Shown here in pieces: positions 36,271 through 45,978 of a stretch of DNA of 64,000 nucleotides. Position 1 is the first letter of the stretch. Every line of letters begins with the position of its first letter. The DNA lies in NCBI GenBank assembly GCA_028688325.1, contig JAQTYI010000003.1, positions 32,116-96,115 on the forward strand, read 5' to 3'. Under the pieces are notes generated by a model. It ran no database searches and was not told the DNA's origin. It saw only the letters and a list, made by a program, of their open reading frames with translations. This DNA comes from Candidatus Portnoybacteria bacterium. GTDB taxonomy: Bacteria; Patescibacteriota; Minisyncoccia; Portnoybacterales; GWB1-42-6. A program made the position numbers and the translations under genes.

Positions 36271-37966
36271 CTTCCGGCGGAATCTCATAATAATTAAAAA
36301 GGTATCTGGCCAAATCGCTAAACACCGGCGCCAGCGACTCTGAGGCGAACTGGATGCCACGCGGTTTTTCCAGGCGCAGAAAAATCAAAAATTTCGGATC
36401 ATAAGCCGGAGCATAGCCCTCAAAAGAATGATTGGTTTCATCGGCCGAGTAACCGCCGCTTGAGGCGATTTGCGCTGTGCCCGTCTTGCCGGCCACAAAA
36501 TATCCGGGCAACTTCACCTTATCATAACCGTTACGGACCGTGCTGACCAGCATAGCGGTCAATTTACCGGCGGTCTGCGGCGCCACGGCCTGGCGTATGA
36601 TTTTGGGCTGGGTAATCTCTTCCCGGCCGTCAGGATGAACTATTTTTTCCACAACATATGGTCGCATAAGTTTGCCGCCGTTGGCAATGGCGGCGATAGA
36701 CGAGGCCATTTCTATCGGCGTCACAGAAATGCCTTGGCCGAAAGCGGCAGTGGCAAAATTTATCTCCCTGTTTTCCCTGATATTTTTCAGGTCGCCCCTG
36801 GTTTCGCCCGACAGATCAATGCCGGTCAGTTCGTCGAAACCGAACGCCTCAATGTATTTTTTGAAAATTTCTCCACCGATCAGCCGCTGCACGAAAACGA
36901 CTCCCGTGTTGATTGATTTTTCCAAAACATTGGTCATGGTGCTTGGCCCGTAGGTTTTTTGCTGGGCGTTCTGAATGGTATAACTGCCAATCTGCAAAAT
37001 GCCGGCATCGGTGTAGGCGGTTTCCGGCGAAATTTTTCCCGTGTCCAAGCCGGCAGCCATAACGATGGGCTTAAAAACAGAACCGGGCTCATATAGTTTT
37101 TGCACGCAAGAATTCATAAAAAAATCCGCGCTTTTGGTTTTTTGGTATTCGTTGGGATCAAAATCGGGTAAGCTCACCATAGCCCGGATGGCGCCGGTTT
37201 TCGGCTCCATTACCACGGCACAAGCGGCGCCGGCGTTCCATTTGGCCATCAAGGCCTTCATTCTTTGTTCCGCCGCATACTGAATATTCTGATCCAGCGT
37301 TAAATAAATATTCGCTCCGTCCTCCGCCGGCTCCAAATTATAATCACCCATCAAAAGCCAGTTGCCCAGCGCGTCTTTTTGCGACTCCAGCAATCCGCTT
37401 TTTCCGGCCAGCGCTTCTTGATAATATTGTTCAATGCCGTATTGCCCGATTTTTTCATTATCTTTTATGCCGACAAACCCCAAAACATTTGACGCCAAAG
37501 TTCCCTGCGGATACCAGCGCCATTCTTCCGGCGTCAGGCGCACCCCTTTCAGATTAAGACCTTTTATTTTTTCGGCGATTTCATCGTCCAATTTTGATTT
37601 TAACGGCTCGTATGGATCTTTGGGGTCTTTGAGTTTTTCTAGAATTTTTTCCCGCGCCACACCCACCAATGGCGCCAATTTTTCGGCCACTTTGTTTTTA
37701 TCCGCCACTTCTTTGGGCACTAAAAAAACCGTTCGGAAGGAGCGGTTCACGGCCAGAGGGTGCCAAACTCCGCCTTTTTCTTGAATAAAAATTCCCCCGC
37801 GGCGGGGAGTCAATTTTTCCAAAACATCGTGCTGGTCTTCGGCTAAAGCGGCATAAAAGCTATGCCGGATGATTTGAAGAGAAAAAAGACGGACTGCAAT
37901 GCCGCCCGCCACTAACACCAACAAGATCAGTAATGTATAGAGTCGTAAATTGCCAAACTTCAACAT
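36266..37966 (-). CDS. ftsI: Peptidoglycan D,D-transpeptidase (PBP2/FtsI class)
   Basis: N-terminal membrane anchor, dimerisation domain, transpeptidase SVFKP...SxN...KTGT motifs. Confidence 0.9.
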   Translation of the reverse strand: MLKFGNLRLYTLLILLVLVAGGIAVRLFSLQIIRHSFYAALAEDQHDVLEKLTPRRGGIFIQEKGGVWHPLAVNRSFRTVFLVPKEVADKNKVAEKLAPLVGVAREKILEKLKDPKDPYEPLKSKLDDEIAEKIKGLNLKGVRLTPEEWRWYPQGTLASNVLGFVGIKDNEKIGQYGIEQYYQEALAGKSGLLESQKDALGNWLLMGDYNLEPAEDGANIYLTLDQNIQYAAEQRMKALMAKWNAGAACAVVMEPKTGAIRAMVSLPDFDPNEYQKTKSADFFMNSCVQKLYEPGSVFKPIVMAAGLDTGKISPETAYTDAGILQIGSYTIQNAQQKTYGPSTMTNVLEKSINTGVVFVQRLIGGEIFKKYIEAFGFDELTGIDLSGETRGDLKNIRENREINFATAAFGQGISVTPIEMASSIAAIANGGKLMRPYVVEKIVHPDGREEITQPKIIRQAVAPQTAGKLTAMLVSTVRNGYDKVKLPGYFVAGKTGTAQIASSGGYSADETNHSFEGYAPAYDPKFLIFLRLEKPRGIQFASESLAPVFSDLARYLFNYYEIPPEE

Positions 37967-37975
37967 TGTTAGAAA

Positions 37976-38305
37976 TTATGGTTTTTGCGAAAGAGCGAAA
38001 AACCCCGGAACCGTTTTCAAATATTCAACTTTTTCTATCGCCACCAAGTTCAAGTCCTTGGCCGCATTTTCCAAGCTGTTCATGGAACGAACTCGCATCA
38101 GCGAAATCGTTGCGGCCTGATTTGCGTCCTGTTTGGCCTTCAGGGAATTTTGGACCGCGCGCAATTCAAAATTCCGCGCCACCAAGCTGTTTATCTGCGC
38201 CAAATAAAGCACGCTCATCAAAAATAAGCCGAAAATAATGGCTGCGCTCAATGCGATATTGCCTTTTTGTCGGTCGGCAAAAACTATTTGTTTGTGATAG
38301 GTCAT
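37976..38305 (-). CDS. ftsL: Cell division protein FtsL-like
   Basis: Small bitopic protein with coiled coil, positioned between rsmH and ftsI. Confidence 0.6.
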   Translation of the reverse strand: MTYHKQIVFADRQKGNIALSAAIIFGLFLMSVLYLAQINSLVARNFELRAVQNSLKAKQDANQAATISLMRVRSMNSLENAAKDLNLVAIEKVEYLKTVPGFFALSQKP

Positions 38306-38336
38306 AGGTCCAGATTTCTAAATTAGGAAGCGATGA

Positions 38337-39245
38337 CTATTCTATTTTTTTGATCACGCGAAGTTTCGCGCTCCGGCTCCGGGGATTTACATGGATTTCG
38401 TCCTCCCCCGCCGTTATCGGTTTTTTTGTTAAGAGCTCCGCCCGGCCCGCTTTGGCCAGGTCCCTGAAAAAATTTTTGACTATCCTGTCTTCCAGCGAAT
38501 GGAAAGAAATTATCGCCAAGCGCCCTCCTTCTTTTAAAACATCAATTGCTTGAGGTAAAAATCTCTTAAGATTTCCCAGTTCGTCGTTAACGGTAATTCG
38601 CAAAGCTTGAAAAGTTCTTGTAGCAAAATGTATCCTGCCATATTGAAATTTCTTGGGAACCGCTTCGGCGATAACGCCGACCAGCTCCTTCGTGCTTAAA
38701 ATCGATTTTATTTTTCTGCTTTTTATTATTTGCTCGCTTATCCTCCTGGCGAACGGCTCTTCACCGTATTCTTTCAAAATATTTTCTATTTCTTTGTTTT
38801 CCCAGTGATTGATAATCTCTCGCGCGGTCAACTCCTGATTCGCGCCATATCTCATATCCAGCGGCTCATCTTTCATAAAAGAGAATCCCCGCCCGCCTGC
38901 TTCCAGCTGATCGGAAGATAATCCCAGATCCAGCAATATTCCATGCACCGGCGCAAAATTATTTTCTTTAACGGCTTGCGCGATATTTGCGTATGTGTCA
39001 TTCGCGAATATCATCCGCCCCGACAATCCCTTGGCCGCAATAGTTTCTTTGGCCCGCGTTATTGCTTCGGCGTCCCGATCGAAGAATAAAATCTTGCCGC
39101 CGGGCGCATTCTTTTCTAAGGTCGCCAGCGTATGGCCGGCCGCGCCGCCCGTGCCGTCGATAAAATTCTCATCGGCAACCGGATTCAAATATTCTATTAC
39201 CTCTTGGAGAAGAACCGGGATATGCATAAAAATATTTTTAACCAT
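38337..39245 (-). CDS. rsmH: 16S rRNA (cytosine1402-N4)-methyltransferase
   Basis: HIPVLLQEVIEYL...DGTGGAAGHT...DLGLSSDQL MraW motifs; exact start uncertain (39227-39263). Confidence 0.9.
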   Translation of the reverse strand: MVKNIFMHIPVLLQEVIEYLNPVADENFIDGTGGAAGHTLATLEKNAPGGKILFFDRDAEAITRAKETIAAKGLSGRMIFANDTYANIAQAVKENNFAPVHGILLDLGLSSDQLEAGGRGFSFMKDEPLDMRYGANQELTAREIINHWENKEIENILKEYGEEPFARRISEQIIKSRKIKSILSTKELVGVIAEAVPKKFQYGRIHFATRTFQALRITVNDELGNLKRFLPQAIDVLKEGGRLAIISFHSLEDRIVKNFFRDLAKAGRAELLTKKPITAGEDEIHVNPRSRSAKLRVIKKIE

Positions 39246-39306
39246 CTTCGAGCCGCAAGCCATAAGCCGATGGCTTAAGGGTTTGCGGCCTCCGGCCCGC
39301 CGATGG

Positions 39307-39738
39307 CTAAAATCCTATTTCCGAAAGTTTGGCAGCCATATCTCCCACCGTCTTTTCGGTTTTCTGTTTATATCCCTCCCACTGCTTCTGATCCCAAATT
39401 TCCAAATGATTGAAAACGCCTGCAATCACGGTATTTTTTTCTATTGCTGCGTATTGCTTCAAGTAATCCGGCACCAAAATCCTGCCCAAGGCATCAAACT
39501 CAACTTCCACGGCTCCCGAAAGTATCACCCGTGCCAATCCCCGCGCTTCCACTTGACCGGTTGGGAGCTTACTTAATTTATCCGCCAGCTTTTCCCATTC
39601 TTTCAAAGGATACAATGCCAAACAATTATCAAGGCCGCGCGTCAGCACCGCGCCCTTGCCCAATTCCTTGCGAAGCTTGGCCGGAATCGCCAAGCGCTTC
39701 TTTTCGTCAATTGTGTGCTGATATTCGCCGATTAACAT
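39307..39738 (-). CDS. mraZ: Transcriptional regulator MraZ
   Basis: Duplicated SpoVT/AbrB-like halves, each with a DxxxR motif (IDEKKRLAIP; RILVPDYL). Confidence 0.85.
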   Translation of the reverse strand: MLIGEYQHTIDEKKRLAIPAKLRKELGKGAVLTRGLDNCLALYPLKEWEKLADKLSKLPTGQVEARGLARVILSGAVEVEFDALGRILVPDYLKQYAAIEKNTVIAGVFNHLEIWDQKQWEGYKQKTEKTVGDMAAKLSEIGF

Positions 39739-40060
39739 ACTTTGCGTTAAATTATGAGCGAGGCGTCCGCTGAAAAAAATGTCGCGCAACCGCGCCCCAG
39801 ATTTGTTTATTTTAATATTGATGCGCGGCGAGCGCCAAGCAGCAACCGAAACTATACTTTATACCGTTGCTTTAGGCTGACTGCGGTTTTTTGAAGCGGA
39901 CGCCGAGCGGACATTCTGAGCGCGGCGAGGGGTCTCCTCGCTAAGGTGAGTCCCGCATCAAGCCCATCTATATAAGAATAGGCACGGGAGGTCCTTCGCC
40001 TCGCGCAAAATGAATTTACGAATACTTGTACTGCATTTCTATGGATACCCCCTCGAGAAG

Positions 40061-40111
40061 TTATCCACAGAAATGAGTACTTACTAACATCTTTATCCAC
40101 AATTATCCACT
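40061..40111. promoter_or_regulatory. Cluster of three DnaA boxes (TTATCCACA x2, TTATCCACT)
   Basis: Exact 9-mers at 40061-40069, 40093-40101 and 40103-40111, in a 770-bp non-coding region followed by an AT-rich stretch. Confidence 0.5.
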
Positions 40112-40365
40112 ACCCTTACATTATATTCCACTTTCATAAAACCCGTCAACCACCCTGTTCCACTCGAACCGTTAATCCTCCCTTAATTTTTCGCGAACAA
40201 CAAAAAACGGCTCAATCAAGCCGTTTCTCCTTGCTATACACTATAAGCTATACGCTATAAGCTATTAAATTGTCCCCCATTTATCCCCAAGGGTATTTTG
40301 GGTGGGCACATCTGGATTCCAGCCACGGAACCCTTTCGATGCCTACCCCGTTAAACTTTTGGGTG

Positions 40366-40450
40366 TGGATGATAATGGACCCGAACCACTGACCTTTCCA
40401 ATGTGAACCCTTCGACAAGCTCAGGGTAAATTTCGCGCTCTACTTCAGCT
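40366..40450 (-). other. Degenerate tRNA-Val-like sequence (pseudo-tRNA) just 3' of tRNA-Val
   Basis: Shares GTAGAGCG, the TTCACAT anticodon loop, AGGTC variable region and a TTCGGGT T-loop with the tRNA. The anticodon stem does not pair and there is a 21-nt insert. Confidence 0.35.
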
Positions 40451-40451
40451 G

Positions 40452-40523
40452 TGGGCAATGCTGGGATTGAACCAGCGGCCTTTCCGATGTGAACGGAACG
40501 CTCTACCACTGAGCTAATTGCCC
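40452..40523 (-). tRNA. tRNA-Val (anticodon CAC)
   Basis: Manual fold. Acceptor GGGCAAT/ATTGCCC, D-arm GCTCAGTGGTAGAGC, anticodon stem TTCCG/CGGAA with loop TTCACAT, T-arm GCTGGTTCAATCCCAGC. Confidence 0.75.
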
Positions 40524-40552
40524 AAGCTTGGCGGGGCGAGCCAAACTGTAAC

Positions 40553-41155
40553 TTACACGAATTTCAGCCGGTTCAATAATTTCTCGTGCGGTTTTTCCAG
40601 AATGTCGCGCACGAAACGGTCGAACATATGAAAACGATAATCGAATTCTTTGGTTTCCATCGCCGCATACTCTATCTCCTTGCCGACTTCCGCTTCCATA
40701 TCCGCCAAAAAATTCATCAGTTTTTTATGGGAGATATCGTCGCCGACCAAAAATAAATCTACCCGGCTGTTGTCGCTATTTAAAAATACGCCGCCGACAA
40801 GCGCCATCTTTATCCGGCCTATTTTCATTAAACGCTTCAACATTTTTACCTTGGAAGTCGGACTGGATTTTAAAACCAAACTTTGGAGCTCCGGATAGAA
40901 ATCGAACTTGGGGTTCACATTATAATACAAGCCGCCGATTATTCCTTTTTTTCGGTTGGTTTTTATTTTTTTGGCAGCCAACAAACCGATGCTTTCCAGC
41001 CCACTCACATGCTTAACGACCGCGTTCCGGCGCTCCTGAGTTTTTTTAATGATATTCTGCATCAAAAACTGCCTGTCCGGGTTGCGCAAAAACAGCTTAA
41101 GCAGTTTTACTTTTATCGGCGAGTCGAACAATTGCTCAAGTATTCGTTCTGACAT
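40553..41155 (-). CDS. Hypothetical protein (N-terminal winged-helix-like region)
   Basis: Protein-like composition. Start reassigned to MSERILEQ; upstream codons belong to the inverted-repeat leader. Confidence 0.5.
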   Translation of the reverse strand: MSERILEQLFDSPIKVKLLKLFLRNPDRQFLMQNIIKKTQERRNAVVKHVSGLESIGLLAAKKIKTNRKKGIIGGLYYNVNPKFDFYPELQSLVLKSSPTSKVKMLKRLMKIGRIKMALVGGVFLNSDNSRVDLFLVGDDISHKKLMNFLADMEAEVGKEIEYAAMETKEFDYRFHMFDRFVRDILEKPHEKLLNRLKFV

Positions 41156-41288
41156 ACCAGGTAGTAGAAATTCGGCTGTCATATTCAAAAAATATTAAAT
41201 ACAACAGAAGCAATCTCTATTTTTATACTTTTTTGATTGCCAAATAATGAAGTAAATCCAACCGCCGAATTTTCACTACCTGGCATAT
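41156..41288 (-). ncRNA. Conserved inverted-repeat leader element (candidate cis-regulatory RNA), copy 1
   Basis: accaggtagtagaaattcggc...(about 88 nt)...gccgaattttcactacctggcat abutting the ATG; same termini as the copy upstream of rplJ. Confidence 0.45.
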
Positions 41289-41421
41289 TAAAAAAGAGGT
41301 CTCCCTCCATACCCTGTCAATTATTATATATACTCAAAGATTAGTATTTTTTGACGATTGTGTCCAGCCCCGAACAAGCTACCCTTACCTTCGGCTTTTT
41401 GATATAATATATTTATATCTT

Positions 41422-42165
41422 ATGGTCAAAATCGAAGAAATATTAATAAAGGCCCCTCGCAGCAAAAATACCATTTGCGATATTTTTATGTATGAACCGG
41501 GTAATATAGAAGAGGCCTCCCTGGGAAGCTTATATATGGTGGCCGAGCTCACGACCGACGAGGATTCGCTGCACCTGGTGAATCTTTTAAGTTCCATCAT
41601 TAAACGAGAATATTATCTGCTGCCCCACCGCGGATCGGTGGAGTCGCTGGAAGCGGCGTTAAAAAAGGCCAACCAGGCCCTAAGCGAAATCGCCAATCAA
41701 GGAAATCTAAATTGGCTGGGCAAGATCCATTTTGTCTGCGCCGCGCTGAACAAAGAAAAAGACCTTTTCCTGACGCAGACCGGCTCGGCCCAGGCCTGGC
41801 TTTGCCGCGCCGGCCAATTGGTCAATATAACAAAAAAGCTGGTGCCCTCGGCCAACAAGCCCCATCCGGCCAAAACCTTTCAAAGCGTTATTTCCGGCAC
41901 CCTGGGCTCCGGCGATAAAATAATTTTCGGCACGCCGGCCATTTTTGATTTTTTTTCGCTGCCCGGCCTCAAGCAAATTTTTTCGCTACCCAAGATAGCC
42001 CTGGTTTCCGAGCAGATACAAAAAATTCTGCGTGAAGAGAAAAAACCGCCAACTTTGGGTGCGCTGCTGCTGGAAATCGCCGCGGACGAAGAATTGCTCG
42101 AGCCCGCCAAGGGGCCCAAAAAATTCATTACTCCGCCGATAGCGTTAAGCGAACTGCTGAATTGA
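41422..42165 (+). CDS. Hypothetical protein, weak PP2C/SpoIIE-like phosphatase fold
   Basis: HFVCAALNKEKDLFLTQTGSAQAWLCRAG...GTLGSGDKIIFGTPAIFD resembles the PP2C C-terminal half; metal-binding motifs not evident. Confidence 0.4.
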   Translation: MVKIEEILIKAPRSKNTICDIFMYEPGNIEEASLGSLYMVAELTTDEDSLHLVNLLSSIIKREYYLLPHRGSVESLEAALKKANQALSEIANQGNLNWLGKIHFVCAALNKEKDLFLTQTGSAQAWLCRAGQLVNITKKLVPSANKPHPAKTFQSVISGTLGSGDKIIFGTPAIFDFFSLPGLKQIFSLPKIALVSEQIQKILREEKKPPTLGALLLEIAADEELLEPAKGPKKFITPPIALSELLN

Positions 42166-42195
42166 CAAAAACCCGCGTTTTTGCACAGGTGCGGA

Positions 42196-42233
42196 AATAA
42201 AAAACCACTTCGGAAAATGAAGCGGTTTTTTAT
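42196..42233. terminator. Bidirectional terminator
   Basis: aaaaaaccacttcggaaaatgaagcggtttttt. Confidence 0.55.
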
Positions 42234-42238
42234 TTGGT

Positions 42239-42646
42239 TTATTTCAATTCTACGGTCGCGCCGGCTTCGGTCAATTTCTTGCGAATTTCTTCGGCATCGG
42301 CTTTTTTAACATTCTCCTTTATCATCTTGGGGGCTCCGTCAACCAAGTCCTTGGCTTCTTTCAAGCCCAGGCCCGTGACTTCGCGCACAACCTTAATGAC
42401 ATTTATCTTCTGGTCGCCCGCCAACTTCAACTCAATGTTAAAGCTGGATTTTTCTTCGGCGGGAGCTCCGGCGGCTTCGCCGGCAGCCGGCATCGCACCC
42501 ATCATCATCGGCGCAGCCGCGGAAACACCAAATTTCTCTTCTAAAACTTTGACGAGTTCCGCCAGGTCTAGAACAGATAATTTTTCTATCTGCTCGACCA
42601 AATCCTTGAATTTGGCTGGAACCTCAACTTTGTTTTGTTCGCTCAT
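42239..42646 (-). CDS. rplL: 50S ribosomal protein L7/L12
   Basis: MSEQNKV...[19 protein letters not shown]...Ala/Gly hinge...[18 protein letters not shown]. Confidence 0.9.
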   Translation of the reverse strand: MSEQNKVEVPAKFKDLVEQIEKLSVLDLAELVKVLEEKFGVSAAAPMMMGAMPAAGEAAGAPAEEKSSFNIELKLAGDQKINVIKVVREVTGLGLKEAKDLVDGAPKMIKENVKKADAEEIRKKLTEAGATVELK

Positions 42647-42727
42647 ATTATTTTTTGATAACGAGGGCGTCTTTGAGAAAAGCATCTTTTCTCAACCGAT
42701 ACCCGAATTTATCTTTTTTTATTTGAT

Positions 42728-43240
42728 TTATTGTTTGATTTGTGAGAGCACTCGAACCAATCCTCTCAAATTACCCTGCAAAACATTCAACATTCCGCTC
42801 ATCGGCGCGGCAACGGTGCCAACCAATCTGCCCAGCAATTCCTGCTTGGACGGCAATTTGGCAAGACCGATAACGCTTAAGCTGTCGATGAACTTGTTTT
42901 CCAATATTCCGCCCAAAATTTTCAACTGCGTGTTCTGCCTGGCAAAATCGTTCAGGATCTTGGCCGGCGAAATTTCATCCTGATATCCAAAAGCCACCGC
43001 CACCTGACCATTCATATTCTTGGTATCCACATTTTCAATGCCGCTCTTTTTGAACGACAGGTCTATCAAGGTCTTCTTGGCAACCTTCAGCTCGCCCGAC
43101 TGGCTGCGCAATTTCCGGCGCAGCTCTGTCAATTTGGTCACGCTAAGGCCCGTGTAGTCAGCAAAAACAGCGGCTTTGGTTTTGGTCAAACGCTCGGTCA
43201 ATTCTTTCAACAATTCCTCTTTTTGTTGTTTTGTTTGCAT
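42728..43240 (-). CDS. rplJ: 50S ribosomal protein L10
   Basis: MQTKQQKEELLKELTERL...AVFADYTGLSVTKLTELRRKL; start moved to the internal ATG adjoining the leader. Confidence 0.9.
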   Translation of the reverse strand: MQTKQQKEELLKELTERLTKTKAAVFADYTGLSVTKLTELRRKLRSQSGELKVAKKTLIDLSFKKSGIENVDTKNMNGQVAVAFGYQDEISPAKILNDFARQNTQLKILGGILENKFIDSLSVIGLAKLPSKQELLGRLVGTVAAPMSGMLNVLQGNLRGLVRVLSQIKQ

Positions 43241-43378
43241 ACCAGGTAGTAGAAATTCGGCTATATTCATAAATCCCAATGGACTTACTTAACTTTGCCA
43301 AACTCTATGGTTTTATCAAGTTTTACCAGCCAACGACAATTCGGTTAAATCGCCGAATTTTCACTACCTGGCATATAT
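43241..43378 (-). ncRNA. Conserved inverted-repeat leader element upstream of rplJ, copy 2 (candidate L10-leader analogue)
   Basis: Same 21 to 23-nt inverted termini as 41156-41288 enclosing about 90 nt; abuts the rplJ ATG. Confidence 0.45.
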
Positions 43379-43619
43379 TTTTAATAAAAAACGCCTCTTC
43401 AGGCGCATTAACGATAAGCCATTCGTCGTTTATCCCGAACTTGCTCGCCTCGCTGAAGCTTTAGCGAAGCGGGTCAAGGGACGATCAGCTACCTTCCGCC
43501 TGGGCAGGATTTATACTGACTTGCTCATTGGAGTTTATCCCGAGCTTGTCGAGGGACCTGCTTTCTTGGGCTCGTATTCTATTAGTTACATCTTACTCTC
43601 TTACCTGAAATTGTCAAGG

Positions 43620-44687
43620 TTATTTCAAATACTTCGCCCTGTTCCTATTATGCTCATCCAAGGTTTTACTGAAAACCGTGGGGCCGTCGAGCGGATGCAG
43701 AAAAAACAGATAATCGGTTTTGGGCGGATTTATCGCCGCGCGGATGGCTTCAATGCCAGGATTGGCGATGGGGCCGGGCGGCAAACCGCGGTACATATAG
43801 GTGTTATACGGCGACTTGATTTTTAAGTCCTCGTATGTGGTCTGCCGCAATTTCTTACCGGTGGCGTAATTTACCGAAGCGTCCGATTCCAGCGCTATGC
43901 CTTTTTGCAGGCGATTGGCAAAAACACCGGCAACAAGCGGCATATCGTTTTCGTCTATCGCCTCCTGCTGGACGATAGACGCCAAAATAACCACATTGTA
44001 TATATTCTTGCCCTGCCGCGATATTTGCTCGCGCAAATCCGGCGTTAGTTTTTTATCAAAATTGTCCAGAAATTTTTTGATTATTCCGGCCGCCTTGACA
44101 TCGCGCTCAAAAATATAGGTGTCGGGGAACAGGAATCCCTCAAGACCGGCGTTAGCCGGCGCGTCAGATAAAAATTTATACTGCACCTGAAAATCGCCGA
44201 CTGTCTCGCCTCCCATATCATCAAAACCGGTTATTCCTTGTTCGGCCAGGCGCGCTTTGACCTGTTTATAAGTGAACCCCTCGGGAAAAGTTATCTTTAC
44301 TTCATTCAAAACGACTTTTCCGCCTGTTATTGTACCCACGATTTCCGGCACGCTGAAACTTTTTCCCAGCGCGTATTTTCCGGCTTGCAAATCGCCGCTT
44401 TGCTTCTTATACCATATATAGGTTTCAAACCACCAGGCGCTGCGGATCAATTTGGCGTCTTCCAGCTGCCAGGAAATTTCTTTTACGCCCAAGCCCTTCG
44501 TCACGGTAAATTCCACCGTTTCAACGCTATTTTTATCCACGGGAACATAAATCTCATAATATGCGTATGCTAAAAATCCCGCGGCCAAAACAGCCAGTGC
44601 CGCCAGGCCGTAAAATAAAACAGCCCGGGATTTTTTTTGCGGCTCGGCTGCTTGAGTTACGGGAATTTTTATTGTTTGGTTTTCCAT
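43620..44687 (-). CDS. mltG: Endolytic murein transglycosylase MltG (YceG-like)
   Basis: N-terminal transmembrane helix, LysM-like region, YceG motifs GFLFPDTY...SPYNTYMYRGLPPGPIANPG. Confidence 0.85.
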   Translation of the reverse strand: MENQTIKIPVTQAAEPQKKSRAVLFYGLAALAVLAAGFLAYAYYEIYVPVDKNSVETVEFTVTKGLGVKEISWQLEDAKLIRSAWWFETYIWYKKQSGDLQAGKYALGKSFSVPEIVGTITGGKVVLNEVKITFPEGFTYKQVKARLAEQGITGFDDMGGETVGDFQVQYKFLSDAPANAGLEGFLFPDTYIFERDVKAAGIIKKFLDNFDKKLTPDLREQISRQGKNIYNVVILASIVQQEAIDENDMPLVAGVFANRLQKGIALESDASVNYATGKKLRQTTYEDLKIKSPYNTYMYRGLPPGPIANPGIEAIRAAINPPKTDYLFFLHPLDGPTVFSKTLDEHNRNRAKYLK

Positions 44688-44805
44688 CTTTTTATTATAT
44701 CAATAAAAAAGATTTTGCCAATATTGACTGATTGATTGTAAAATATTATACTATGTATAGTTCCTTCCCGATGGTTCTTACTACTTGAAAAGGGGGTTTA
44801 ACGAA

Positions 44806-45231
44806 ATGGAGAAATCGAAACAGAAACAAGCAGCTGTTCAGCCACCCGACCAGATGCCTAATTTTTTCTTCAAAGACAGCCAGGTTCTCGAAATGCATGG
44901 AAAAAGAAAAAAAGCGAGCAGGAAGAACTGCCATGACGGAACGAGCGGAGCCACTCCTTATCCCGCATCGATTAAAGATTGCAAAAGCTATGAATTAAAG
45001 ATCGCCTGGTCGTTTTGGTATCCCTTGGCCCTGACAATCAGGACCAAAATCGGCAACTGCAATAATAACAACAAGCCCCTCGCAACCTTCGGCTTCAGGA
45101 ACAATAAATACACCCTGAAGTTCCATCCTTGCGTGGCGCTTCGTTTGGGCCTGCCGGGAACTTGCATTTTTCCGTTTCCAGCGTATGACGCAATGACAAT
45201 ATACAATGAAATCATCAGAATGATGCGATAG
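44806..45231 (+). CDS. Hypothetical protein
   Basis: Strong RBS aaaggggg 8 nt upstream of the ATG; no recognisable domain. Confidence 0.35.
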   Translation: MEKSKQKQAAVQPPDQMPNFFFKDSQVLEMHGKRKKASRKNCHDGTSGATPYPASIKDCKSYELKIAWSFWYPLALTIRTKIGNCNNNNKPLATFGFRNNKYTLKFHPCVALRLGLPGTCIFPFPAYDAMTIYNEIIRMMR

Positions 45232-45389
45232 AAGCTCCTATCTGCAACAACAAAGGGTCTGCGACGCAAAAAATGCGCGCAGGCCCTTTTTTATTTCATC
45301 ACTAAATTTGGCACGGTGATTTGTCCGAAATCCTTTGACTTACCGTTGATTTTAAACGATAATTAGAGCAATCTTTGTTTTAATTATCA

Positions 45390-45977
45390 ATGACCCCACT
45401 CCAGCAAATCATTCTTTGGCTCAGCGCTTATAAATACTTCGCTTTATTTCCCCTGGCCGTGGCCGAAGGGCCCATTATTACCGTTGCCGCGGGATTTTTT
45501 GTTTCCACGGGACATCTTAATTTTTGGCTCGCCTATCTTGTCATTGTTGCCGGTGACCTCGTCGGCGATGTCCTGCATTACGCCGTTGGCCGCTTTGGCG
45601 GAATCAAATTCATTGAAAAATGGGGGCGGCTTGTCGGAGTCGGCGAAAAAGAAGTCCAATCCCTGGAATCGCAATTTGACAAACGCGGCAGCAATCTTTT
45701 ATTTATCGGCAAGATGTCTCATGGCATCGGAGGAGCATTTCTGATCGCCGCCGGCATCATCAAAATGCCTTTTGATAAGTTCATCTTTTCCAATATGATG
45801 GCCACGCTGATAAAATCTCTCCTGCTATTACTCCTTGGTTTTTATTTCGGCCACGCCCTGTCAACCATTAGCACATATTTGGAGAGAATTTCACTGATTT
45901 TCATTGGCGCGGCAATTGGCGCATTTTTAATATACTTTTTCTATTTTAGAAAAGGCCGTAATAATTCCGCGTCCTGA
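45390..45977 (+). CDS. DedA/VTT-domain membrane protein
   Basis: FPLAVAEGPIITVAAGFFVSTG...GRFGG DedA motifs. Confidence 0.75.
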   Translation: MTPLQQIILWLSAYKYFALFPLAVAEGPIITVAAGFFVSTGHLNFWLAYLVIVAGDLVGDVLHYAVGRFGGIKFIEKWGRLVGVGEKEVQSLESQFDKRGSNLLFIGKMSHGIGGAFLIAAGIIKMPFDKFIFSNMMATLIKSLLLLLLGFYFGHALSTISTYLERISLIFIGAAIGAFLIYFFYFRKGRNNSAS

Positions 45978-45978
45978 T

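Noticed and set aside
39852-40100. ORF 39852-40100(-) in the DnaA-box region
   Set aside because: Arg-rich 82-aa translation of a non-coding, motif-rich region.
44988-45269. ORF 44988-45269(-) antisense to the 44806-45231 hypothetical
   Set aside because: No RBS. The plus-strand ORF has a strong aaaggggg RBS and was preferred, though both remain weak.
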